NCBI GenBank assembly: GCA_946965045.2 | Contig: OX337229.1 | Coordinates: 5,456,001 to 5,520,000 of the forward strand | Length of the DNA: 64,000 nucleotides | Direction of reading: 5' to 3' | From: Epithemia pelagica | Taxonomy: Eukaryota > Protista > Bacillariophyta | Shown: positions 45,474-56,447 of the stretch, one piece after another | Position numbering within the stretch: position 1 is the first letter of the stretch | Layout: each line of letters starts with the position of its first letter | Program-made: the position numbers and the translations under genes | The notes under the pieces: model-generated | Told to the model about the DNA's origin: nothing | What the model saw: only the letters and a program-made list of their open reading frames with translations | Databases searched by the model: none

Positions 45474-45897
45474 GTATGCCAGGCATGCATCAAGCATAGT
45501 TGTTTATCTCATTGGAGGGTACAGAAAGTGATTACTTGCTCTTGCCCTGTCTACGTAAAAAAGTATTTGTGTGCAAAAGACGCTTTTACAAGACGATAAC
45601 TCGAACCTCTCTCTCTAGTACACGTTGCTAGAGTAGATCGTGTTTGCGTTGCTCTAGCCGACCTTTTCACTTGCACATACACCCTCAGTCCAATGTAGCT
45701 GGCAAGACCAGGTAGTACTCCTCCTGCTAGTAGAGAGTAAGATAGAAGTACCTCTCTAGGTAGACTACTAGCTAGGTAGAGAGCTGGGTATCTTATGGCC
45801 AGAGCAAAATGCGCGAGACGCGAGATTCGCGATTCGCGAGAGCCATCAGATTCGCCTCGATGACAACAATCACGGTGCATACCATCTCATCGACACA

Positions 45898-47298
45898 ATG
45901 AAGAACACCTGGCTACGCCAGAGGATGTTGAACGCATTTTCATCGTTACTTATACTATCTCTTGGTTGCACTACATTCCTGGCTGGACCGTTCATACCTG
46001 TGGCAGCCAGTTTTTCGTACTTGACTATCCGTACTAGTACGACGCTCACGGCAGGGAACCTCCTTGAATGGGCATGTCAACGACAAGATGGACGAATCCA
46101 TGGCATGTCCGCTTTGTCCTGGACCAATGGAGGACATTCGAGATGGCGAAGCAAGAGGACACCATGCAGACAATCGTCACTGGTACATTTCATGACATGG
46201 GGAACTGAGAACTCCTATGGAAGGGGGAGTGAAATATGGCCTCCCACCAATACAGATCGGTCCGTCAAACTCAATGATTCGTTTCCCAACGGAATGATTC
46301 CCTACAAGGCCATGGAAATGATATTGGAACAAGAAAAACTGGTTTCCAAAGTACAAGGGACCAACAATAACAAGAATAAGAACGGCCAAGAGAAGGACGA
46401 CAACCAACCACCCGACCGCAAACGACCCACAACCACAACAACCAGCAGTACGACGACCTCATCCTGGGTGGATCGGATTCCAGGTTTGATGGCCTTGGGT
46501 TTATTGGGTCGTATACGGCCCGTGGCGGATGTTGGTTTGGTGGTGGTCTTATCGGCCTATACCGCGCTTTTGACCTTGGCTGCCCAAAGTGGACGCGTGA
46601 GCGACCAGGACTTGTGGGAGTACGACGACACGAATGACGACGACACGGACATGCGTTCCACTCGCTGGGTGCCGACACTTCCCAGTTTGCCACCACAAGG
46701 ACATGTTCCACAATTGGTTCAAAACCCCATGCGTGACTTGTCGTATTCGTTGGAATACGATTTGTGGTGGCGTTTGGGAATTGGTTTGGGCTTTGTCTTG
46801 CCTGTCCTGTCTCTGATCATCACGTCAGCGTCCACACTACTCGCGTCGCCCTTTTCCTGGTTGCCCTTTGTGGGAACCACCACCACGGCCGCAGTGACCG
46901 CTGCGACCACTATTACTACTACTACTTTGGCCCGACCCCTCTTTTTGTTGTGTTGCCAAGCCTTGACGGAGGTCTTGTGCAAAGATTGGTTGGTCCCCTT
47001 ACCGATTCGAATATGGATTCCCATTAGTTACCAAATGATTCGAATACCCTATTTGGCCATGGGTTGGGTCAGCTTGTTCCCCACATTGTCGTCCGTGTCG
47101 TGGACAATGGGCCACTGGGTCGGACTCTTGACTGGATTGAATCTCGTGTATACTGCTGTCAATGTCTTTGGCTTTTTGATCCCCGTGGCCTTGATGCGAT
47201 ATCTCCGGGCTCATTTCTTTGCGGTGGAAGCGGCCAGTGTCACGGTACACAGAGGATTGGAAGAAACCATTGGAGTGCCACCCGCGTCGTCGTCATGA
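45898..47298 (+). CDS. Hypothetical multi-pass membrane protein
   Basis: 466-aa ORF with an N-terminal signal-like segment and several hydrophobic helices. Confidence 0.65.
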   Translation: MKNTWLRQRMLNAFSSLLILSLGCTTFLAGPFIPVAASFSYLTIRTSTTLTAGNLLEWACQRQDGRIHGMSALSWTNGGHSRWRSKRTPCRQSSLVHFMTWGTENSYGRGSEIWPPTNTDRSVKLNDSFPNGMIPYKAMEMILEQEKLVSKVQGTNNNKNKNGQEKDDNQPPDRKRPTTTTTSSTTTSSWVDRIPGLMALGLLGRIRPVADVGLVVVLSAYTALLTLAAQSGRVSDQDLWEYDDTNDDDTDMRSTRWVPTLPSLPPQGHVPQLVQNPMRDLSYSLEYDLWWRLGIGLGFVLPVLSLIITSASTLLASPFSWLPFVGTTTTAAVTAATTITTTTLARPLFLLCCQALTEVLCKDWLVPLPIRIWIPISYQMIRIPYLAMGWVSLFPTLSSVSWTMGHWVGLLTGLNLVYTAVNVFGFLIPVALMRYLRAHFFAVEAASVTVHRGLEETIGVPPASSS

Positions 47299-47618
47299 GA
47301 CAGGGAGACGGACACCAAGGCAGGGCAAGCCGCTCTGTGGCATGTCCAACCATTTCTACCCAAGGTAGCTAGCTAGCCACACAGTCTCTGTTCACAACAA
47401 GATACACGTCGGGAGCGCAAAATGTGTAGCAGAGTGACAAACCTTGCAAGAGTTTTCCCTAATTGCTACTTCTATAGCCAATTACAAACATCTACTAGAG
47501 CGCTGAGAGAAAGGTTTCCTTTAGAAAAGGTCCTATACGACAGCGCGAAGAATTTTTTGAGCGTGTTGGAAAGATAGAGTTGTTATATATAGTTTTGCGG
47601 TGTGTGTTTCTAAATAAT

Positions 47619-48239
47619 TTAATCTTGTCGTCCCTTGAGTTCCTTGGTGGTGACTCCTTCTGGGGTAATGATATGAACGATGCCTCCCCATCCGGAAATG
47701 GAATCTCGATCGACGGCGGCCAAGAGTGTTTGCGCCAAGGTTTCAAACAATTCGTCGGGCGATTGATTGGGTCGATACAAGGATTCGCACATGCCCAACA
47801 AATTTCCCGTACAACTGCCCGTCACGACAAAATTTTTGGATTCCGTTTCGACACAACCAATCAAATCCATGGAGGATAAAAAGGGTTGATTGGTTTTGTC
47901 ATCCAATCCGGCAATGACGGGTTCAATAAAGTAGGGACCAAATCGTTTTTCGTACAACAAATGGGAGAGCAGACTGGTCACCACCTGCGGACTCATGTCT
48001 CGTTCTTCCTTGAGTTTGTACAAATTCATGCGGAATTCCAATAAATTTCGTATTGTCATGACATCCGTGGCCAATCCGGCCAATCCGACATAGAGTTTGG
48101 GTTGCAAGGAAAAGACCTTGGGACGATCGGTGGCCAAGGTTTGATGTTGAATGCCAAAGCGCAAATCGGACGCAATGCCTACACAATCCTTGCCCACCAT
48201 GGCCACAACAGCGCCTCCGTTGTAATTCAAGATCGACAT
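47619..48239 (-). CDS. PSMB3: 20S proteasome subunit beta type-3
   Basis: MSILNYNGGAVVAMVGKDCVGIASDLRFG, GLAGLATDV, LYEKRFGPYFIEPVIAGLD, AVDRDSISGWG; 206 aa. Confidence 0.96.
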   Translation of the reverse strand: MSILNYNGGAVVAMVGKDCVGIASDLRFGIQHQTLATDRPKVFSLQPKLYVGLAGLATDVMTIRNLLEFRMNLYKLKEERDMSPQVVTSLLSHLLYEKRFGPYFIEPVIAGLDDKTNQPFLSSMDLIGCVETESKNFVVTGSCTGNLLGMCESLYRPNQSPDELFETLAQTLLAAVDRDSISGWGGIVHIITPEGVTTKELKGRQD

Positions 48240-48654
48240 GATTGCAGTGCTTGGTGTGTTCTGGAATAATATCAGAGATACGACAACAGGTCTTTTGCAA
48301 GGATCTGTACTCCGCAATCAATGAGGATGGCGGTCGAGAAGTGAAATGAAAGCCAAAGATCTTCACGGAGTCCGGATCGGGACTCAATAGGGGGAAGGTT
48401 CCCTTCTTTTCGCCCCCATCTCGTTTTCGGGGGGAGTTCAGTCACGTGGGTATCCGGACTCGTGTTATGAGGCTTTTTTTTGTTCACCCGGTTGTGTCGT
48501 CGTGGTGATGAATGAGAAAGACGGTGTTCATCTCATCATCTACCAGAACGAGGAGGAACAGATCCAGGGAATGACAAGTCGCCTCTTTTGTAGAAACCTC
48601 CCTTTCCAACAACGCCCGTGACGGACTACTACTAGAGGTACAAGAGGAGGAACC

Positions 48655-51600
48655 ATGTCGTCGTCCCAGCCAAGATCCATCGACCAGGACGACGACGACC
48701 ACCACCAAGAGTCATCCACTACCACGGGAATAGCATCGTCGAACGAACCCGAAACCACTCTACAAACGAAAATCAGAGACAGTATGGAAGATTCGAGTGA
48801 AAGAACAAAGCAAACGTCATTAGGAGGAGGGAAGGCCCCAATGGTGGTGGATGACATGGACGACCAACAACAGCGTTCCGAGAATGCCTTCCACAACAGC
48901 AACGAGGAACCAAATGTACCTCTATTGACGACAAGCCATGAAACTCCCGACGTGAATGGTACGGATCCAGCATCCTTGTCATCACAACCACAACGGGCAC
49001 AACCACCTCCTGATGATGCTGCGTCTTGTTGGTTGTCCCAGGAACAAGTTCATGAAATGAGTTTGACCTTATTGGAAGCACCGAGTTGGAGGACGAGACG
49101 ACGACGACGACAGTCTCTCGTGGCCTGTGCCACTGATGTCGGACAACGATTTCATCAAGCCACGGTGGACTTGTTGCAACACGTGTGCTCCTACTTGGAG
49201 GAGGACGACCAACACAACAAGAATACGGAATGGACCATTTCTGTTACGGCCTTGTCGTGGTTGCTCTTGTTGCTACAGGCATCGGACCATCCAAACAACA
49301 ACAACGACGACAGTCCCAACAAGGACGAGTCCTATGGACACATTTTGCTGCATCATCATTATTATTATCATCCTTCCGCACCAGAAGGAGGACGAATGGT
49401 TCGTCAACACGTGCAACGATTGCGAGACTTGATCTTGTCTTCACCGAGTTCCACCGGGACACGACGTCGATGGAGTCGGTTGCATGTCACGCGATCCGCC
49501 ACTGTGTCCACCAACAACAACAATGACAGCAAGAACAATCACAAACCAACGAGTCGCATGCATCCTCCGTCCACCCGTTTGTCGCCCAAGGTGTGGCCAC
49601 CCAGTACCACGCATCGTGACTTGTCCTGGTCCCTCGCACCCTTTCTTCCCAACCAGGAACCTCCCCATAGCAGCAACAACAACAACAATGATGATGACGA
49701 TGACGACAGGAAAACGCTCGCTGCGAAACAATGGTTGCAAGCCTATTTGCACTGGCAGGCACACCCCCATCTCGGTCCCCGATTTCCACAAGAATCGTCG
49801 GCCACCACCACTGGACCCGCCGCCAGGGTCTTTTTGTCTCGTATAACCGCCTGGTGGTTGGATCAAATTCCGTCGTCGTCTTTTGCCGGTCGATCGGTGC
49901 CAGCTGTGGCACCGTCCATCCAAGTCTTGCGTCTGGAACGCACTTCCCTGGAAGACTGTTTCTCCTCCAGTGGGGACTGGACCACGGACCTGTTTCAACA
50001 ACAACAACCACAAGCATTGTGGAACCAACCAACCACATTAATATCCACGGAGGACGATCCATTGGCAGCACCCTCCATCCCCACACCACCACGGGTGACA
50101 CTCTATCCCAAACTCGTACACCTTCAAATCACGCATTGTTCCCTCCCCCTGATACATCCAGACGACGACGAGAACAATAATAAAAAAGAAGAAGAGAGGC
50201 ATGTTGTGTGGAGTCATTTTCCAGCCCTTGAATCCTTGCGCTTGTCTCACAATGCCTTGGGAGGACAACTACAGGCCTCTGCACCCAATCCTTCTCCGCC
50301 CGAACAAAGGCCAAGCAATACGACAGTCACAACGATCCCGTTACTGGAAGGTTTGTCGGTCTTGACCCGGTTGCAAAAACTCGATCTCTCCTACAACAAC
50401 TTGTCCAGTTTTCATCTGCAACGGATTCACTGTCAGGTGGGAAATATCGTGGAAGTAAACCTCTCTAACAATGGCCTCACGTCCTGCACCGGTGTCGATC
50501 GGTTGTATTCCGTGGAACGGTTGTGGTTGCATCACAATCAATTGACCGACTTGGCTTCGGTACGAGGACTGGCTTGTCTGCCTCAACTCACAAGCTTGAC
50601 CCTCTATGGAAATCCTCTGGCGCACCTCAAAACCACACTCTCGTCTAAACTTGCCACCACCACCACCAAAACCTCAACAACAACATCTTCACGACGACAA
50701 GGACGATCCGTGTTCTTGTCACGAGTTGGTACAACCACCACGACAACCTCTGCTCACAACCACAACCACAACAACAGCAAGACGAAACAACTTGCCTTGT
50801 CCTCCTCGTATCGGTTGGCGTTGTTGGATTTGTTTTGGCAAGCACGTGGTTCCCATGGCCATGACGACGACGACACCGACAACAGTCTACTATCCTTGCG
50901 GTTGGATGGCAACGTCGTGTCGCGACAAGAACTGACGGCTGTGCGTTCCATGGCCTTTGGTTCCAAACTCGTGGCACCCGAGTACCATCGACCGCATCCA
51001 CAGGACGACGACGATGACAACAACCTCCACATCAACAACGACAAGGAGGAGGAGGATCCCACGGGGGTACTACAAGACTCGCAGCCAGAGCGCACACGGA
51101 CTACAACGACGGAAGGTATTCGGAGAAGACGACGCCCTGTGAAAATTTTGGAACCCTCCCATGTCAACAACCACAAACGAAAGCGAAAACTACAACATTC
51201 GACCAATCTCCCTCCCCTAAAGTTTGATGCTGTTGATATTCTACAGACGCTTTGTCGGCCTCTGTTGATCACGGACGATCCTGCCGTCCATGAAAAAGAG
51301 AAGGAAGAGGAAACGCGCAACCCTCAAGCTCCGGCTGTAGTGACTGAAGACGAACGCGAGGAAAAGGAATCATTGTCTCTCTCAGAGTCCGACACCAATG
51401 GAGACAACCCTGTGGAGAAAGCGAGTAGTAACACCGACTCTGATGCTGTCGCCATGACAGAGAATCCCAAGTCCACAGTTTCTTCTGGCGAGAAAGAGGT
51501 TACAGTCTCGCAGGATGATATGAAAACAAGTGTTGCCGTTGTGAAAACAGATTCCTCACCACTTACAAATGGCAGCGAAAGTGCAAAGGACTTGGATTCC

Positions 51601-53442
51601 AAACCGAAAGCAGTGGAAGAAGCATCGCATTCTGCGTTGGCAACGGCTCCTGCTGGTAGTTTGGTTCCAGAAACCATGTCGAAACTACATGAAACCTCTT
51701 CAGAAGGTAATGAAGAAAACAATATACCTGAAGAGACACAGGTCACACAAAACGCCCAAGCTGATTCATCACAAACGACGCTGTCAATGTCCCCTCCTCG
51801 CAAGAAGAAGGGATCTGTCATGTTACACAACAAGAGCACCCCTACAAGAGATTTGGATACGAGCAAAATATCCAACGCGAGTGACTCGTCGTTCCTGGGA
51901 GAAGGCTCACGCACAGATGAGATATCCATTGATAGCACCAGAAATGCCATGCTGAGTTCCGCCATGTTGATGACGGTCACCTCATCCGAACAACATCCGT
52001 GGTCTCGGAGTGGTGAACATGATTGCAACAGTTCAGCACCGGGCTCTGTGGCGCATTCACAGGTCGACGAACAAACAAAGTTCGCCATGGCGGAAAAGAA
52101 TTCTACATTTGTGGGACCTCACACGTACAAACAAATTACAATTCACGATAATTTGGATATATACTTTCGCATGTTTGTGTTTTCGACAGCGGTTGGACCA
52201 ACCTCCTCGAATGCATTGTTCTTTGACCCCGAAGAGGTCATTTGGCAACATGTCTTGGAGAACTTCCCCAGAATTCAACTCTGGCCTGTCGACCGTCGTA
52301 TCCAAGAAGCAGAAGCGGCCAAGAATATGGGCCCTACGGGACCATCGGCCCAAGAAGAGTTCCGTCGCGTGTGGCAAGAGTGGGTAGTAGGATGCGGCAA
52401 ACCAGCACTCAAACGGCTCACACCTGTCAGGACTCCCAGGCTTGGGTTTCATGGAGAGCTGGTCTATCCTCCGTCTTCGACGCTGGATGTTGCTGCAGGT
52501 GTTGCCAATAGTTCATCCCCCAACAACAGAGTGGGACGCCCTGAAACAGTGACAAAAGAGCGCAAAGCGGTGCTGTGTGCGTCTACAGTTGCCTTTTATG
52601 TGATTGTGGATCATGACACTGATTTGATGTCTCGAGCAATGTCAACGACGAAGCCATCCAGAAAGGCATTCCCCAAGCCCATCCCCATGGATGCGTGCTT
52701 TGCGGAAGCTTTTTGGCCTCACGCCCTTGCTCGCCATCCATGGACGCATTTAAGAGCCATCACAATTGGTTTCAATTTTCAAAGGCTATCGTTACGCTTT
52801 GTTCAGCCGAATACAACCAACAGTAAGGCGAAGAACGCGCCAAACGACAGCGAGGACAGCGAGTTTTGCTACATATTGCTGACTTGCAACAAGCTCCAGA
52901 CTGTCAGTTTGCTAAAAGAGTTTCAGGATCTGACAGACAATATCGCTGTGGCTTTTGATTCACCTGGTGCTATAAACCATGTAGCAATTGATAATGACGA
53001 CCCGGTTGTGTTGGATGGATTAAGCAACACTGCATATCACAACTCTTTCGGGGCAGTGTGTCATTTCCAAATTCTTCACCAGTATTGGAAAAATGGAGAC
53101 AGGGGCTTGGTTCGTCGTCTTTGTGTGGTAACGGATTCACGGATCTATCTTTTCGATGAGAACTATTGTGGTGATGGGTCATACGATACTGGTGCGGTCG
53201 AATCGAGCAATGGGGAGTGGGGAAAGCCACAATATTTCCCAGTCGACGAGGCTAGTTTAGTTCAGGTTCTTACCGTCCAGGCAGCAACCTCGGATCCCTG
53301 CTCGCTCACGATCTCCATCACACCAGCCAGTCGATTGTCAAGAACTCACAATTGGAGGCTCATCTGTAAAGATCGAGAGGGAGCAGAACGTTTGATCGAA
53401 GATGTTCGAAAGGCCGTAAACATGGCTAAAGCTGGAGCTTAA
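48655..53442 (+). CDS. Large LRR protein (nischarin/STK11IP-like LRR block, PH-like C-terminus)
   Basis: LQKLDLSYNNL, VNLSNNGL, LWLHHNQL and LTLYGNPL. C-terminal RRLCVVTDSRIYLFDE...WRLIC...LIEDVRK. Confidence 0.75.
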   Translation: MSSSQPRSIDQDDDDHHQESSTTTGIASSNEPETTLQTKIRDSMEDSSERTKQTSLGGGKAPMVVDDMDDQQQRSENAFHNSNEEPNVPLLTTSHETPDVNGTDPASLSSQPQRAQPPPDDAASCWLSQEQVHEMSLTLLEAPSWRTRRRRRQSLVACATDVGQRFHQATVDLLQHVCSYLEEDDQHNKNTEWTISVTALSWLLLLLQASDHPNNNNDDSPNKDESYGHILLHHHYYYHPSAPEGGRMVRQHVQRLRDLILSSPSSTGTRRRWSRLHVTRSATVSTNNNNDSKNNHKPTSRMHPPSTRLSPKVWPPSTTHRDLSWSLAPFLPNQEPPHSSNNNNNDDDDDDRKTLAAKQWLQAYLHWQAHPHLGPRFPQESSATTTGPAARVFLSRITAWWLDQIPSSSFAGRSVPAVAPSIQVLRLERTSLEDCFSSSGDWTTDLFQQQQPQALWNQPTTLISTEDDPLAAPSIPTPPRVTLYPKLVHLQITHCSLPLIHPDDDENNNKKEEERHVVWSHFPALESLRLSHNALGGQLQASAPNPSPPEQRPSNTTVTTIPLLEGLSVLTRLQKLDLSYNNLSSFHLQRIHCQVGNIVEVNLSNNGLTSCTGVDRLYSVERLWLHHNQLTDLASVRGLACLPQLTSLTLYGNPLAHLKTTLSSKLATTTTKTSTTTSSRRQGRSVFLSRVGTTTTTTSAHNHNHNNSKTKQLALSSSYRLALLDLFWQARGSHGHDDDDTDNSLLSLRLDGNVVSRQELTAVRSMAFGSKLVAPEYHRPHPQDDDDDNNLHINNDKEEEDPTGVLQDSQPERTRTTTTEGIRRRRRPVKILEPSHVNNHKRKRKLQHSTNLPPLKFDAVDILQTLCRPLLITDDPAVHEKEKEEETRNPQAPAVVTEDEREEKESLSLSESDTNGDNPVEKASSNTDSDAVAMTENPKSTVSSGEKEVTVSQDDMKTSVAVVKTDSSPLTNGSESAKDLDSKPKAVEEASHSALATAPAGSLVPETMSKLHETSSEGNEENNIPEETQVTQNAQADSSQTTLSMSPPRKKKGSVMLHNKSTPTRDLDTSKISNASDSSFLGEGSRTDEISIDSTRNAMLSSAMLMTVTSSEQHPWSRSGEHDCNSSAPGSVAHSQVDEQTKFAMAEKNSTFVGPHTYKQITIHDNLDIYFRMFVFSTAVGPTSSNALFFDPEEVIWQHVLENFPRIQLWPVDRRIQEAEAAKNMGPTGPSAQEEFRRVWQEWVVGCGKPALKRLTPVRTPRLGFHGELVYPPSSTLDVAAGVANSSSPNNRVGRPETVTKERKAVLCASTVAFYVIVDHDTDLMSRAMSTTKPSRKAFPKPIPMDACFAEAFWPHALARHPWTHLRAITIGFNFQRLSLRFVQPNTTNSKAKNAPNDSEDSEFCYILLTCNKLQTVSLLKEFQDLTDNIAVAFDSPGAINHVAIDNDDPVVLDGLSNTAYHNSFGAVCHFQILHQYWKNGDRGLVRRLCVVTDSRIYLFDENYCGDGSYDTGAVESSNGEWGKPQYFPVDEASLVQVLTVQAATSDPCSLTISITPASRLSRTHNWRLICKDREGAERLIEDVRKAVNMAKAGA

Positions 53443-53869
53443 TAAATAAAATGAGCAGTCACCAAAGCATATGATAAGCCATATGTTTAACTGAGGATGT
53501 TATTCTCTAAACAAAGCATGTACTCATATTTCCTGTGCGGTGAGGATGCATGGTTATTGTCCAATGATGCTGGTCCCATAGCATGAGTAGCTTTCGGTCG
53601 CGCATGATATGCGTGAGTTGTCACGAGCTGTAACTACCCCCTAGCGAAATGGTGAGTAATGAGATTTCGTGACTGCCTCTTTATGTCTGTTCGTAACATC
53701 AATCTGCGCTCATTCACGAAACCTCACGACTCACCCTTCCGCTTGGGAGTAGAGCTGTCACTTTCACGAGGTGATTGCTCAAACCGCACATGTTATTCTT
53801 CGCATCTTCTCTCCATTCAAGGATCTCTCCTCTACGTTCGAAGCAAGGTGATGCAAAGGCATCTCGAAA

Positions 53870-55129
53870 ATGTTTCGACTTGAGGACCTTCTTCGAAATC
53901 AATGGGATGTGTTCCTGGAAAACGGGGCCTTGGTGTTTCACAACTGCGCGTTGCAAAGGAGAGAAGTGGAGCAGCTTCAACACTACATTGATCAATCGGG
54001 TGTCCCCTTGAAAAGTATTCAATTCGAACGATGTCATCTTGATGCTCGTGATGAGGAAACAATTCGATTATTGCGCGATTTTTTTGGTACGAACTCGCTG
54101 AAAAATATTGTATTCAATACACCGACGCTCAGCAACGAACGAGTCGCTGAAATACTTGATGGATGTCGAGACAACATCCAGCAGCTGCTGTTTACCTGGT
54201 CATTTGCCAGAGCTGCGACATTGAACCGAGACCTTGTATTTGGGAGGCTTCATCAGCTTCACACTTTGGTGCTCAAATATGGTGGATTGGAGTTTTTCGC
54301 CGAAATGGATTCGGACTTTTCAAGAACTTTGCCAACATTGGAGAAACTGGAAGTACTGGAATTTCACGGATGGACCATTCGTGACGTTCGGTTTCGAGAA
54401 CTCATAGAAAGTATTCGATGCATGACCTCGTTACGGATATTGCATTTTGAGAAGATTGAAGGACTGACATGCGCCTCTCTTGCCTCTCTCGGAGATCTGG
54501 CAACCGTGGAGGACGGCATCAATGGTGTCGAAGAGCTAAGGTTCCACAGGATTCGTGGAATGCTTGCCAACGCGACAAACACAGAAGTTGAATCTTTTCT
54601 CAGTTTCTTGCATGTGAAGAAACTTGAACTGCAGGATTGTTATTTGACGAGACCTGTTGTTCGAGCTATTCTACGTGGGATGGGAGATCCGAATATCTGC
54701 TCTTTATCAATGCTGTCACTGCATGAATCTGCTTTCGGAAGAGAAGAATTCGAGGTTCTAATTGAGGTTCTTCCAAGGACAACCCTTCGTTCACTATCGA
54801 TTGACCAAGTCGCTGTTTCGATGCAAGAGTATGATTGGTCGGGAAGATTCGAAGCTGCCTTAAGCAAGAACATGACTCTTACCAATTTACATTTCACGGA
54901 TCGAATGCATCAACGGCTGCCTCGATCAAGAGAAGAAAGGATCCAAAGATTGATGAAGCGCAACCAGAGAGGACTTTTTGTCAACCGGGTGTTGAAGGAG
55001 CTGTCCATAATGGACCAGTCAACCCCCTTTTTGCTATCGCATGCATTCGCTCGTTTGATGGTCGACAATGAAGCGACCAGTGACGTACAACGTCTTTTGA
55101 CAAATCGTGTCTCATTAATGGCAGACTAG
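53870..55129 (+). CDS. RNI-like leucine-rich repeat protein
   Basis: LEVLEFHGW, LRILHFE, LRSLSID and NMTLTNLHF. Paralogous to 16714-18387. Confidence 0.75.
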   Translation: MFRLEDLLRNQWDVFLENGALVFHNCALQRREVEQLQHYIDQSGVPLKSIQFERCHLDARDEETIRLLRDFFGTNSLKNIVFNTPTLSNERVAEILDGCRDNIQQLLFTWSFARAATLNRDLVFGRLHQLHTLVLKYGGLEFFAEMDSDFSRTLPTLEKLEVLEFHGWTIRDVRFRELIESIRCMTSLRILHFEKIEGLTCASLASLGDLATVEDGINGVEELRFHRIRGMLANATNTEVESFLSFLHVKKLELQDCYLTRPVVRAILRGMGDPNICSLSMLSLHESAFGREEFEVLIEVLPRTTLRSLSIDQVAVSMQEYDWSGRFEAALSKNMTLTNLHFTDRMHQRLPRSREERIQRLMKRNQRGLFVNRVLKELSIMDQSTPFLLSHAFARLMVDNEATSDVQRLLTNRVSLMAD

Positions 55130-55564
55130 GGACCTTGCCGGGGGCGGAAACTTTAGCATAAAGGAGTTCCGGAAGGCCGTAGAGACACACAATGAACCTC
55201 TCGCATCGGGTAGCAGTTTGGCATGTTCCATGTTGGGCTCCGTGAGTTCATTTGGTGTTGTAAGATGGCTTTGTGTCAGCTGGCTAGTTGCTGGGGTTTG
55301 ACTTGTCTATGAGATTGATTTGAGATACAAAATACACGATGTGATTTTGTGACACGACGTCGGACAGACTGTACCTTATCTACGACTCACGATCTACGAA
55401 GATTTGATCGTGTTGTTCCCATTTTTTGCAAAGGAAAATGAGAACCAGACACGACGATCACAAAGGTGATTGATTGATCTTCGAATTACAATACTGTTTC
55501 ATCTCGAACACACACACACAAGATATCATTAAAAAGCTCATCTTTGACGATATTTGAAACAACA

Positions 55565-56074
55565 ATGGCATCCACCGGGTCGCTACATACCGCAGTTATC
55601 TTTATCTTGATAGTTTTTGCTTTTCTAGTTTCGGTCGTCCTCGAAATGGCTGCAGGGTTTGCGAGCGTTGGTTGGGATTCGGGATATCCGCGGGCTGTAC
55701 ATCGGGCATTGGATATGGCAACGTTGGTGTGGATCATAAGTTGCTGCGTCGCAAGCGTTCTTTTCTTTCAAGTATGCCGAGCAAGCATGGGCGGTGGAAA
55801 CAACGACGGAAGTGCAAGGCTACGATCTGCTGCCATTGCGATGATGATAACAGGATTGGCACATATTGCGGCTTATCTTTCTTTTGTCCTTGTTCTTGGA
55901 CACCATTCGGGGTACAAGCCAAAGGCCAAGCCTATGGGATGGCTATTGGTGTTGGTACCAGGTATTCTGTGGATTTTGGCAGGTCATTTATCGCTCCAAC
56001 AGAGCCAAGTCCTCGATTCCACATTCAAAAATGATACGACGGTATATTCCCAGCTTCCGCAAGAAACAGCTTGA
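55565..56074 (+). CDS. Small multi-pass membrane protein
   Basis: Four strongly hydrophobic segments in 169 aa. Confidence 0.6.
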   Translation: MASTGSLHTAVIFILIVFAFLVSVVLEMAAGFASVGWDSGYPRAVHRALDMATLVWIISCCVASVLFFQVCRASMGGGNNDGSARLRSAAIAMMITGLAHIAAYLSFVLVLGHHSGYKPKAKPMGWLLVLVPGILWILAGHLSLQQSQVLDSTFKNDTTVYSQLPQETA

Positions 56075-56447
56075 AGATGCGAGAGAAAGTGCAGATGGAG
56101 TTCATCCATATTGGAGGTCGACGTGGTGACCACTTTCCCGTACCACAAGAAACAATGCTGCCATAAGTTGCTTCCGATCTTGAGAAAATGACGAACGAGC
56201 ACCTTCATCCACGTCCTTGTGCATGTATGTATGTATAGTGATTCAATCCGCTGCTTCATGTAAAGCCATAAATGACAGTTTCATAGTCTTCTTCGTCTGT
56301 TTTGCCTCCGTCTTTGGTATCGAAACAATAATCTCGCCAACACATCATTTCACTTAACTAGATAGCCAATCGTAGCTCAGGCTAGACTGATAGACCTTTG
56401 GATTCATTGGGTCGAACACTGAGATGCAAGGCATGTTTTCATCCTTG

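Noticed and set aside
44586-45497. 303-aa minus-strand ORF
   Set aside because: Antisense shadow of the secreted-protein gene.
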